Position numbers and translations under genes: made by a program. From IMG/VR virus record IMGVR_UViG_3300047510_001668, positions 113,879-177,878 of that record: a DNA stretch of 64,000 nucleotides; one strand, given 5' to 3'. This document shows positions 45,559 through 54,462 of this stretch, in pieces. Every line of letters starts with the position of its first letter. Within the stretch, counting starts at the first letter, position 1. The notes under the pieces were generated by a model, which made no database searches, had not been told where the DNA came from, and saw nothing but the letters and a program-made list of their open reading frames with translations. The DNA is from a virus.

Positions 45559-47029
45559 GTAATGGTACAGTTAGAAGTTTGTAATCAAACCCTTCTTCAT
45601 TGTAAATCTTCACACGTTCAATTAGATGCAGTAATGTGTAATTCTTATGAGACTTCCAGGACAGATTGTCACCTATGTCGTACAATTTGCAACTCACCTT
45701 TTGTTCACCCAAACGAAGACCTCGACCAATACTTTGTAGATTTCTGATACGAGACTTGGTGGGTGAAGCAAACACAATGTTATGGAGGTTTCTAATATTT
45801 ATACCTGTAGAGAATGTGCCGTATGAGGCCAAGATGATGGCATCCGCGGATTGCTCAGTTAAGGCACGAACCTGTTCACGTTCTTCAGCTTCCACTCCTC
45901 CATGTACGAAAAACAAATCTCTTCCCTGTTCAATTTTTTCAGAAATCAAATCATACAAAGGCTCACCATGTTTTTCCACGTATTGATACAACACCAAGGT
46001 GTTGCCTTTCAATCCTGTCACAAGATTTCTGATGAATTTGTTTCTTTTGGGATGTGTCACCAACCAATCCAACTCTTCCTGATAGCTGAATTTCTTGCAC
46101 AATTGCTTTTCTTCATCTGTGTAATCTAACGTGAGGCACCGAATTTTCAACTCTGCCAGTTGATTGGTGTCCATCAACTTCTTGGTGGTGGTCACCTTGT
46201 GTACAGCACCAAACAATCCTTCCAACACCAACCGATGTGTCTTGGTGCCATCCAATGTGCCTGTGGTGCCAATCTTGAAAGGTGCTTTGGTGCATTTATG
46301 CATGATGGAAGTCAAGGACTTGGCCTTGAACAAATGACACTCATCACCATACACCACATCGAAATTTTCAAAGAAGCTCTTGGGCATCTTGTAGATGCTT
46401 TGCCAGGTGGATATCACCACAGGAACGTTGGTGATTTTTTCCTTGCCAGAATAGATGCGTGTGCAATGCTCAGACACTTTCCATTCCGAAGAGGTGGCGT
46501 AATCGGCAAAATCACCATACAATTGTTCCACCAATGATGTGGTGGGGACGATGATGAGCTGCCTTCTGCCTTGTTGTTCATGCCATCTGACCAGAGTGTA
46601 GATGATAAGGCTTTTGCCGCTGGCTGTGGGAGACAGCAGCAAAGTTCTGTTATTGTATATGGCCTCTTCTACAGCGTTCCGTTGGTAATCTCGAATGTTC
46701 ACCGGCTTACCGTTGGAATGGTAGTTCAGCCCATCAATAAACTGAGTAACATCATGGTTGTCACGGATAGGATTACAGTTGTTAACAAATGCATACCCGT
46801 TTCTTTTGCAAAATTCTTCCACATAATTGGCAAGACCCACATACAATTCTTTGGTGAACAAACTCAACAAACGAATTTTGCCATCCCAAAGTTTCGCACG
46901 ATACTGAGGTGTGAATTGAGCGCCAGGAACTGCGAACGTGAAGAAGTCATTCATTTCCAGCAGCACATCCGGGTCAGCCTCCACCCGAAGATACACCTCA
47001 TCTTTCTTGTTTATTGTAACGGTACTCAC
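45551..47029 (-). CDS. uvsW: SF2 DNA helicase UvsW
   Basis: SPTASGKS, DECH, TGT, YGTFSTGINI, QSIGRGLR; probable GTG start overlapping the uvsY stop. Confidence 0.95.
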   Translation of the reverse strand: MSTVTINKKDEVYLRVEADPDVLLEMNDFFTFAVPGAQFTPQYRAKLWDGKIRLLSLFTKELYVGLANYVEEFCKRNGYAFVNNCNPIRDNHDVTQFIDGLNYHSNGKPVNIRDYQRNAVEEAIYNNRTLLLSPTASGKSLIIYTLVRWHEQQGRRQLIIVPTTSLVEQLYGDFADYATSSEWKVSEHCTRIYSGKEKITNVPVVISTWQSIYKMPKSFFENFDVVYGDECHLFKAKSLTSIMHKCTKAPFKIGTTGTLDGTKTHRLVLEGLFGAVHKVTTTKKLMDTNQLAELKIRCLTLDYTDEEKQLCKKFSYQEELDWLVTHPKRNKFIRNLVTGLKGNTLVLYQYVEKHGEPLYDLISEKIEQGRDLFFVHGGVEAEEREQVRALTEQSADAIILASYGTFSTGINIRNLHNIVFASPTKSRIRNLQSIGRGLRLGEQKVSCKLYDIGDNLSWKSHKNYTLLHLIERVKIYNEEGFDYKLLTVPLHA

Positions 47030-47472
47030 ATGCCACCATTGGTGAACTTGTACCATTCAATGGCAGACTTCACATCCCAGGTTCTGCTGTTGATGCTTTT
47101 CAAAATTTGTTCCAATTGATACAGCACCGTTTTGATGTATTCCATTTTATCAATCAGATGAATGATGTCATCATCCATGTTCAGCACATCTTCCATTTCA
47201 TTCTTCAATGGTTTGTTGCTCAGATACTGGTCCCACCCCAACTCCACCAGTTCCTCTTTGGTCAACTCACCGCGATAGTAACGATTCTTCAACTTACGAA
47301 GGCGAAGATAATCAGCTTCAGCCTTGCGATATTGCAGGCGAACTGATGTAAGCATGTTCAGATATTTGGCGTGTAATTCAGGAACACGGGCGGCGGCCCG
47401 ACCTAAATTGGTCTGGTCCACTTTGCAATCCTGTTCCCACATGGCTTGTATTTCTTGTAATTTCATAACCAC
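47026..47472 (-). CDS. uvsY: Recombination mediator UvsY
   Basis: W..D..VD...PELHAKY...YYRG...RTWDVKSAIEW.KFTNG. Confidence 0.88.
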   Translation of the reverse strand: MVMKLQEIQAMWEQDCKVDQTNLGRAAARVPELHAKYLNMLTSVRLQYRKAEADYLRLRKLKNRYYRGELTKEELVELGWDQYLSNKPLKNEMEDVLNMDDDIIHLIDKMEYIKTVLYQLEQILKSINSRTWDVKSAIEWYKFTNGGM

Positions 47473-47493
47473 CTCTCACGAAAACCTTCTTGA

Positions 47494-47522
47494 ATTATAA
47501 CACAATACTAGTGGTTTGTCAA
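47494..47522 (-). promoter_or_regulatory. Consensus sigma70 promoter for uvsY-uvsW-gp55
   Basis: TTGACA-N17-TATAAT. Confidence 0.9.
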
Positions 47523-47523
47523 G

Positions 47524-48147
47524 TTACAATGTTTCAATGGTGAACATTCTGTATCGGAAAGAAGCCTGGGCTGTGAAATATTGGGTGTTGCCTGTGGACA
47601 CATCAAACTCCATTCCTGTGAGTGATGTGGGGAAGCAATCCACAAAATTCAACCGAACAATCGGGAGGTTGTCAGAATTCAACACCAGAAGAGCGGCATC
47701 GCTGTATTCAGTCAAGTCAGATGACCGGATGCCAGGTCGGTCATTCACCGTGGCATCACCTGATGCTGGTTCTGGTAACCGAAAGGATTGTTGGGTGAAG
47801 CGTTGTTGGAACTGTCTGTGGTTTTCTGGGAATCCCAAAGCAATCATCCAATCAAACAGTTCAATGTAATTGGCCATGTCTTCCTGAATGATGAACTTGA
47901 TGGTGAGTTCACTGAAGTCAATCTTTTCACCTGGCCGAGGTATGTCCACAAAAGGTGTGCTTTGTGTGGCATAACCCAAACTGATGTTAGGAATGGTGGC
48001 AGCTTGACAGAAGTAGGTCACTTTGGGCAGACTTTGAATCATGAACCTAAACCCATTTGGCCGAAGGAAATCCAATTCCTCTGGTTGACGAGCAGTCCAG
48101 TTGATTTCGCCAGTGGTGATTTTTGATGATGTGATGGTTGTTGTCAT
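47524..48147 (-). CDS. gp3: Tail completion/tube-terminator protein (gp3-like)
   Basis: FLRPNGFRF...YFCQAATIP...EDMANYIELFDW...FPTSL; late promoter upstream. Confidence 0.75.
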   Translation of the reverse strand: MTTTITSSKITTGEINWTARQPEELDFLRPNGFRFMIQSLPKVTYFCQAATIPNISLGYATQSTPFVDIPRPGEKIDFSELTIKFIIQEDMANYIELFDWMIALGFPENHRQFQQRFTQQSFRLPEPASGDATVNDRPGIRSSDLTEYSDAALLVLNSDNLPIVRLNFVDCFPTSLTGMEFDVSTGNTQYFTAQASFRYRMFTIETL

Positions 48148-48163
48148 AGGTGAAACTCGTTAC

Positions 48164-48192
48164 TTGACAGGGACTTGACAGAGTGTTAAACT
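48164..48192 (+). promoter_or_regulatory. Plus-strand sigma70-type promoter (antisense orientation)
   Basis: TTGACA-N17-TAAACT, with a second TTGACA at 48175. Confidence 0.55.
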
Positions 48193-48228
48193 TACTATGT
48201 CCGGAATGATATGAATAATCCTATAAGA

Positions 48229-48236
48229 TATTTATA
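48229..48236 (-). promoter_or_regulatory. T4 late promoter for the gp3-like gene
   Basis: TATAAATA. Confidence 0.8.
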
Positions 48237-48249
48237 AAGCAATGCGAGA

Positions 48250-48298
48250 AACAAAAGGAAAAGAGAGAGACCTTTCGGCCTCTCTCTTCCTTGTTTTT
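48250..48298. terminator. Probably bidirectional intrinsic terminator after gp23
   Basis: 12-bp stem AAGAGAGAGGCC-GAAA-GGTCTCTCTCTT with T-rich tails on both strands. Confidence 0.85.
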
Positions 48299-48315
48299 AC
48301 TACTACTTCTAAAGA

Positions 48316-49587
48316 TTATAGAAGGTTTGTTACTGCGAACAAACGATAGTAGTGGTTACGGTCAGCAGTGAATGTATCTGCGTCTGTTGTACCGTCTGAT
48401 TGTGTTACGAATGGATTTGCAATCATGCCGTAACGTGTCTTGAAGCCAATCTTTGGTTGGAAGGTTGATGGATCAATTGCACGAACCATTTGGAGAGGAA
48501 CGTATGGGCAGTAGAACAAACCTGCGTCATAAGCATTTGAACCCTTGTAACCTACCATCACGAATTGTGATGCGGCTGATGTGTTTGCTGAGTATGGGTC
48601 GATGAACACCTTGAAGCGACCATTCAATGTACCTGCGAATGTGTTGCCAGTGTCATCTGATGAGATGCCATCGTTGCCTGAAAGAGCTGGGGTGTAATCC
48701 AACTTGCCAGCCATTGCTAGAGCTGCTGCAACGTCTGATGAGCAAACGATGAAGTTACCGCGACCACGACGTGTTTCTTGTGCGATTACGTTGGCATCAC
48801 GTTCGATTTGGAACATCAAGCCCTTGAAGCGTTCTACTGACCAACGACCGTTTGAGTCAACGTCAAGGTCGAATGTACCTGCTGAAGCTGTTGAAGCGGC
48901 ACCTGGCTTTGCCACCTTGTAGATGGTACGGATGACTTCGCGGTTGATTTCAGCAAGAATTTCTTGTGAAAGAATGTTGGCCAATTCTGCTTCTGCATCA
49001 AGACCATGAATTGCCTTCAAGTCTTGTGCCAATTCAACTGTGTATTCAGCCTTCAAAGCACGTGACTTTGCAGTTACTGTGGTCTTTTCGATTGAGAAGG
49101 CCATTTGTTGAAGGGTGGTTGAATCACCGAAACCTTCAGCAGTTGCAGTTGATACGCCTGTACCAGTTGTGTATGTGCCTGATACTGGGTTTGAACCAAC
49201 GTGTGAACCTGTACCTGCGAAGTCTGTGTCAGCTTCGTTGAATAGAGCTTCTGTGCCTGATTGTGATGTGTAGTGTGACTTCATGGCGAAGATAAGTCCT
49301 GTTGGACCTGTCATTGGTTGAACACCTGCAACATCGTAAGCCATCAAGTTTGGAAGTGAACGACGAACCAATGAGATAAGAATTGGATCGTAGGTGTCAA
49401 CTGCTGAACCAGTTTGGTTAGCATGTGTTGCTTCGAAAAGAGCTGCCTTTTCTTCGCGGAGAGCACGTTCTTGGTTTTCAAGAACAACAGCTGTTACTGC
49501 GCGCTTGTAGTTGTCCTTGATTGGTGCGAGATTGTCGTGGTCCAATACTGGAGCCCACTTCTTTTGTAGATTTTCTGAGAGGAACAT
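48316..49587 (-). CDS. gp23: Major capsid protein (gp23)
   Basis: VQPMTGPTGLIFA, SRALKAEYTVELAQDLKAIHG, YCPYVPL, FKTRYG. Confidence 0.98.
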   Translation of the reverse strand: MFLSENLQKKWAPVLDHDNLAPIKDNYKRAVTAVVLENQERALREEKAALFEATHANQTGSAVDTYDPILISLVRRSLPNLMAYDVAGVQPMTGPTGLIFAMKSHYTSQSGTEALFNEADTDFAGTGSHVGSNPVSGTYTTGTGVSTATAEGFGDSTTLQQMAFSIEKTTVTAKSRALKAEYTVELAQDLKAIHGLDAEAELANILSQEILAEINREVIRTIYKVAKPGAASTASAGTFDLDVDSNGRWSVERFKGLMFQIERDANVIAQETRRGRGNFIVCSSDVAAALAMAGKLDYTPALSGNDGISSDDTGNTFAGTLNGRFKVFIDPYSANTSAASQFVMVGYKGSNAYDAGLFYCPYVPLQMVRAIDPSTFQPKIGFKTRYGMIANPFVTQSDGTTDADTFTADRNHYYRLFAVTNLL

Positions 49588-49628
49588 TCTTTATTCTCCT
49601 GTTACTGTTTTGTTGAAAACGTTAATAT

Positions 49629-49636
49629 TATTTATA
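49629..49636 (-). promoter_or_regulatory. T4 late promoter for gp23
   Basis: TATAAATA. Confidence 0.85.
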
Positions 49637-49649
49637 CAAGTGGAACTTT

Positions 49650-50999
49650 TTAGAACTTAGTGCGAGCGATGCGTTCAGCGTATTGAGCCACCAAATTGGA
49701 TGTTTCTTCCACGATGGGTTGTTCATCGGTGATGGTAGCTGTTTCTACAACGTTCTTTGGAAAGTAGTTGTTCTTGATGACAGTCAACTTTTGTTCGAAA
49801 AGTTCTTCTGTTTCAAATTCAACTTCTTCCACCAAACCACGCAACTTTTCTGATTCAGTTTGTGCCAAATCTGATGTTACTTTGGTGAACACGGCATCGC
49901 GCTTGGATTCTGTCAATGCCTGGTGAAGTTCTGCGGCTTCAGCAACTGATTCATTCACCTTGTTGGTCAATTCTTCAATTTGCTTTTGCATTTCGCCTAG
50001 AACATTATATTTTTCTTCTGGTACTTCAATGTAGTGTTCCTTGAACAACACCTTGAGACCAGCAATGAAATCTTCTGTTACTTCTGTGCGAAGACCTTCT
50101 TCCACAGCTACAGCATTTTGTTCCAACCATTGTTCAGCAACGTATGAAAGATATGCATCCACCTTGTTCACCAATTCTGAGTGCATTTCAGCAACAATTT
50201 CTGCTGCTTGTTCGGCAAGAACATCTTCCATGATTTCCACTTCATGTGCCACACGTGCAGTTACAACGGCTTCAAACAATGAAGTTGCCTTGGTCTTGAA
50301 TTCTTCTGACAATTCGGTTTCAGTTGAAAGAAGATTTTCCACATCCTTTGACAATTCTTCCTTCATCTTCTTCATCATTTCTTCCTTCTTTTTCTTCATG
50401 CCGTTTTCTTCCTTTTCTTCTCCTTCCTCTTCCTCTTCCTCTTCCTCGTCTTCCATTTCTTTCTTGGCTTCTTCAATTTCTACCATTTCATATTCTGCCT
50501 TTTCTTCGTCAGAAAGAGCATTGTATTCTTCTTCAGAAATGAAAACTTCTTCAGCTTCAACTTCCTCAACTTCTTCCTTGTAAACGTTGCCAGTGTTGGA
50601 AGCTTGATTTACTACTGAAGCAGGATCAGCTACAGTCTTGAAGTTAGGAGCTTCACCGGCACCATGTGCTGATGAAAGAGTGGTGTCTTTCTTTGCTTTG
50701 GCAGATTGTGTCTTGCCTTGGGTTTCTTGGTCATCTTCTGAGTCCACAGCAGCTTGTTCTGATGAACCTTGGGCCATGGGCTTGTCTTCCTTGGCACCTG
50801 CACCAGCTGCTAGTGTGTTCACAGGGTTGGCTGTCTTGGCAGCTCCTGACACACCCATCACTTGTACTTCTGGTTTTTCAGATGAACCTTGGGCCATGGG
50901 AGCAGCTTCTTTGTTGTTACCCATGCCTGGGAAAGCTTCTGCCAATTCTTCAGCCTTTCGATTCATCATTTCACGAATCTTGTTTTCGATTGAGGCCAT
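49650..50999 (-). CDS. gp22: Prohead core scaffold (gp22)
   Basis: LSEEFKTKATSLFEA, KVDAYLSY, LKVLFKEHYI; very acidic; gene order. Confidence 0.9.
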   Translation of the reverse strand: MASIENKIREMMNRKAEELAEAFPGMGNNKEAAPMAQGSSEKPEVQVMGVSGAAKTANPVNTLAAGAGAKEDKPMAQGSSEQAAVDSEDDQETQGKTQSAKAKKDTTLSSAHGAGEAPNFKTVADPASVVNQASNTGNVYKEEVEEVEAEEVFISEEEYNALSDEEKAEYEMVEIEEAKKEMEDEEEEEEEEGEEKEENGMKKKKEEMMKKMKEELSKDVENLLSTETELSEEFKTKATSLFEAVVTARVAHEVEIMEDVLAEQAAEIVAEMHSELVNKVDAYLSYVAEQWLEQNAVAVEEGLRTEVTEDFIAGLKVLFKEHYIEVPEEKYNVLGEMQKQIEELTNKVNESVAEAAELHQALTESKRDAVFTKVTSDLAQTESEKLRGLVEEVEFETEELFEQKLTVIKNNYFPKNVVETATITDEQPIVEETSNLVAQYAERIARTKF

Positions 51000-51036
51000 T
51001 TAACTATCTCCTAAAGTTAGTTACAAACGTTACTAT

Positions 51037-51044
51037 TATTTATA
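51037..51044 (-). promoter_or_regulatory. T4 late promoter for gp22
   Basis: TATAAATA. Confidence 0.85.
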
Positions 51045-51049
51045 CAGCT

Positions 51050-51700
51050 TTACTTCTTGGAAAGACTATTTAAAAAGTTTTCGAACACCCGGAACTTCAC
51101 TTCTTCCAGTTGTTGCTTTCTGGTGGCTTCGATTAACTTCTTGGTTTCATCTATGTTTTGGTAGGTCCATTGTCCATTCACAAACATCCATTCTTTGTTT
51201 TCCATGATGCCTTGCACAAACGCATCTGGGGCTGAGGGGTCAGCCACGATGTCAGCAGCAGTAGCCAAATAGAAGTCATTTTGCACTTCATTGATACCAC
51301 CATCACGTTCTTTCAAAGTACCCATACCACGTGATGACACTCCAAGTTGTGCACCACCTTCAATCAATCCCCGAACAATGTTTCCCATGGGGGTGTTCAG
51401 AATCTTGGCACGACCAATGTAATTGTTACCATCTTCACGAAGTGATGTGATGATGTGTGACACACGGTCCAAGTTAATAGTTGGACCTTCGGGATGTCCC
51501 AGTTCACCAAATGCGCGCTTGGAGTCCACATATTCCTTCATGTATCGTGTGACTTCTTTTTCCATCACAGCCTTGGGATAGATACGATTGTTTCTGTTAG
51601 CCATTTCACTTTGAAGAAACACACCTTCAATATATAAGTCCTTGGACTTTTCTTCTGTGATGACTTGTACTTGTTCTACGATTTCAGAAATGAGCTTCAT
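51050..51700 (-). CDS. gp21: Prohead protease (gp21)
   Basis: GELGHPE, LGVSSRGMG, DIVADPSAPDA. Confidence 0.95.
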   Translation of the reverse strand: MKLISEIVEQVQVITEEKSKDLYIEGVFLQSEMANRNNRIYPKAVMEKEVTRYMKEYVDSKRAFGELGHPEGPTINLDRVSHIITSLREDGNNYIGRAKILNTPMGNIVRGLIEGGAQLGVSSRGMGTLKERDGGINEVQNDFYLATAADIVADPSAPDAFVQGIMENKEWMFVNGQWTYQNIDETKKLIEATRKQQLEEVKFRVFENFLNSLSKK

Positions 51701-51711
51701 GATTCATCTCC

Positions 51712-52080
51712 TTAGGTTAATGGGTTCACATGTTGTGTATCACCATAACCTGAAATCTTCACAAGTTCAATGATGACGGTGCCGCCCCCTGCTGGTGTCA
51801 CCACAACAATGTTGCTGGTGTTTTCACGATTGTCAGAATATCCATTGAAATCGAATTCTCTGGCACCTGTCAGCAACCATAATGGCACAGAGTTGCGTGT
51901 GATGGTGGCATTGCCTGCAGGCACAGACCAATGAATGGCACTGATGTTCACCACAGGAGTTCCTGCTGTTTGAGCGGCCGTCTTGATAGTGGTGGCCAAG
52001 TTGATGGTTTCTGTTGCACTGGCACCTGACACGGCAACAACGGCATGAATGGGTGTATTTTTAAGTACGGTTATTGCCAT
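51712..52080 (-). CDS. Putative virion protein
   Basis: Beta-rich, 122 aa, between the core proteins and gp21. Confidence 0.65.
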   Translation of the reverse strand: MAITVLKNTPIHAVVAVSGASATETINLATTIKTAAQTAGTPVVNISAIHWSVPAGNATITRNSVPLWLLTGAREFDFNGYSDNRENTSNIVVVTPAGGGTVIIELVKISGYGDTQHVNPLT

Positions 52081-53726
52081 TAGTTATTACTCCCGTTAGG
52101 TGTTTCCACCTGTTGTTCTTGTTCTTCATTGGTCTTGTTCATGACCTTCTTTGGGTCACCCTTCAAAGAAGCTGATTCCCCTGGCTTCAAATGACCGAAA
52201 CGCTTTTCCAGATAGCTTTTAGGCTTCACAGGTGCATTCCCTTTCATAGTGGAACCTGCGGGCAGGCTATATTTGTTTTCTTCCAGTCCTAGTTCTTCCT
52301 TCACACGGCGCTTAGTGGGTGTCTTGCCCATGGGCACTGTGACACCACCCATCTTCATGGTGGCACCTGAAGGTGTGTTGCTCTTGCCTTTGTAATGATA
52401 CATGGTCTTTATACCGCCACCCTTTTCAATACCCTTCTTGGTGAAGCCTTCAGGTGGACGGAAGAATTGTCTGCTGTTAGTTCCCCGTAGTTGACCATTA
52501 GGCTTGCTGCCACGTACGCCACGTTCTGTGTTTCTGAAAGGTGTGGGGTTGTATTCTTCTGTGCGCTCGCGAGGATTTCGGTCTTGGTAACGTGGTTCAT
52601 TTGCTAGATTGGGGTGCTTGGCCACTAGTTCTTGATTACGTCTTTTTCTGGCGTAATCCTGAAACTTTTTAAGTTGCGACTTGGCTTTGGCATGAGACTT
52701 GTCTCCTAACTTACCATCGGCTCGCTTCGAGCCGTCACCAGCAACAGTGCGTAGTTTTCTGTCATTGAATCTATGATTGGTGGCGGCATGATGATTGCCT
52801 TGAAACCAAGATTTGTCAGCAGCCCGACTAGCTGTGTATGAAGAAATTTCATCCAGTTCCACTTCTTCATTTTTCATCCCACTCATTAATTTCTTATGTG
52901 CAGCTGCCTTAACCTTTTTGCGGAAGGCTTTTCTACGTGCTCTATTGTCCGCGGCATTTGTACTACCAGTTTGCGATGTAGTTTTTGTTTGTGTCAATTG
53001 TTTTGGATAATCCCACTTACCCTCATCCAGTTCCACTTCTTCTGACATTTCTGATTGCATGTATTGTGCTGCTGACACAAGGTAATCTTCTGCCAAGGTG
53101 ATTTTGCTTTGCACCCATTCTGGAAGATTGGTATCTTCTCCCAACATGTCATGCATCATTTCTGCGTTACGAATGATAGTGCGAAGTGAGGACTTGGCCA
53201 TGTCACCTTCGTAATCATATTCACCCTTGTCAGCTTCATCCTTCACGGCTTCACCTATGGCTACTGAAGCCACGGCACCTGACAAATCTTCAGCACCATA
53301 ACTACCTGGACCACGTGAACGAATGGCTTTGAATGGCTTGCCAGTTTTTCTGGTGGATGTCACAGCTGTGGATTCACGATTGCCTTCATTGTTGGGTTGA
53401 TTCACCACATCTTCAGGCTTGGCGACAGTTTGAAAGTTGATGGCATCCATGTCACCAATGCTGCTGGTGTGTGGTCCATCATCTTCAGGAATGTCTTTGA
53501 TGGCATCTTGCACCAGATTGTCCATGTCCAGTTCTCGGTAAGGAACTTTTGCCACAGATGACCCTTGAAGGTCTTCCTTCATGGCCATCTTGGTGGCTGT
53601 GGCGTACATCACATTCTTGGCATCAGCACCATAACGTCTGCGAAAATCCTTGAAGCTATTCTTCATGGACTTCACAATCTTTTCCCGCTGCTTCATGTCA
53701 GCGTCAGTCATCTTGGCTTCGTTCAT
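52080..53726 (-). CDS. Modular internal/core head protein
   Basis: Alternating acidic linkers (EEVELDE twice, KEELGLEE) and basic modules; lies between portal and protease. Confidence 0.7.
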   Translation of the reverse strand: MNEAKMTDADMKQREKIVKSMKNSFKDFRRRYGADAKNVMYATATKMAMKEDLQGSSVAKVPYRELDMDNLVQDAIKDIPEDDGPHTSSIGDMDAINFQTVAKPEDVVNQPNNEGNRESTAVTSTRKTGKPFKAIRSRGPGSYGAEDLSGAVASVAIGEAVKDEADKGEYDYEGDMAKSSLRTIIRNAEMMHDMLGEDTNLPEWVQSKITLAEDYLVSAAQYMQSEMSEEVELDEGKWDYPKQLTQTKTTSQTGSTNAADNRARRKAFRKKVKAAAHKKLMSGMKNEEVELDEISSYTASRAADKSWFQGNHHAATNHRFNDRKLRTVAGDGSKRADGKLGDKSHAKAKSQLKKFQDYARKRRNQELVAKHPNLANEPRYQDRNPRERTEEYNPTPFRNTERGVRGSKPNGQLRGTNSRQFFRPPEGFTKKGIEKGGGIKTMYHYKGKSNTPSGATMKMGGVTVPMGKTPTKRRVKEELGLEENKYSLPAGSTMKGNAPVKPKSYLEKRFGHLKPGESASLKGDPKKVMNKTNEEQEQQVETPNGSNN

Positions 53727-53728
53727 TT

Positions 53729-54445
53729 TTACTTTCCTTTCTTACGGAGCTTGGCGAGTACGGCGCCTGCAATTTTGGCGCCACGTTCCTTTCCATACTT
53801 TCTGGCAGCCTTGGTGGCAATCTTGCTGAACATCTTGCCTGGCTTTTTGGTTGAGTAGGAAGCTTCATCTAGTTCCATTTCTTCCTTCACGTTCTTCTTG
53901 GGTTTGGGCTTGTCCTTCATACCTACCATACCCTTGGCAAAATTCTTCAAGTAGTTTTTAGTTCCAGAACGTGGTCCTGACAAAGGAGTTTTTGCTGCAC
54001 GACTGGCTCCTCTAGCAGCCATAGCTAAACCAACACCAGCACCAATTAATCCTGCCACAGATTCTTCAACACCTGCTTCTTCCTTCATGCTCTTCTTGTT
54101 GTGCTCTACTCTCTTGGCAAGTGCGCTGTCTGTACGTTCTGTCTTGGCTGTTTTTCTGCCACGAAGCAACTTGAAGTCATGAGCATCCACTTTGCCATTC
54201 TTGTTGGCATCAATCTTGTGTTGGCCGCCCTTCAAGGCTTCATTAGTAACTTCTTCATTTTGTTCTTCACAATCAGCACATTGTTCTGTGTTGAACATGT
54301 TGGTGGCTACATCTTGCTTGTAGGCATCTAACAATTCATCCACACGTGATTGCAAAATGTTGTTGAAGGCTTTTTCAGCTTCCATGGCATCACCACTATC
54401 AATGTGGTCAATTAAATCAAGAACGTTTTCGTTTATATTTTCCAT
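53729..54445 (-). CDS. Prohead core protein (gp67-like N-terminus) with extra modules
   Basis: N-terminal gp67-like helix region, EF-hand-like DANKNGKVDAHD, KEEMELDE linker. Confidence 0.65.
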   Translation of the reverse strand: MENINENVLDLIDHIDSGDAMEAEKAFNNILQSRVDELLDAYKQDVATNMFNTEQCADCEEQNEEVTNEALKGGQHKIDANKNGKVDAHDFKLLRGRKTAKTERTDSALAKRVEHNKKSMKEEAGVEESVAGLIGAGVGLAMAARGASRAAKTPLSGPRSGTKNYLKNFAKGMVGMKDKPKPKKNVKEEMELDEASYSTKKPGKMFSKIATKAARKYGKERGAKIAGAVLAKLRKKGK

Positions 54446-54462
54446 ATCTATCTCCTAAGGAG

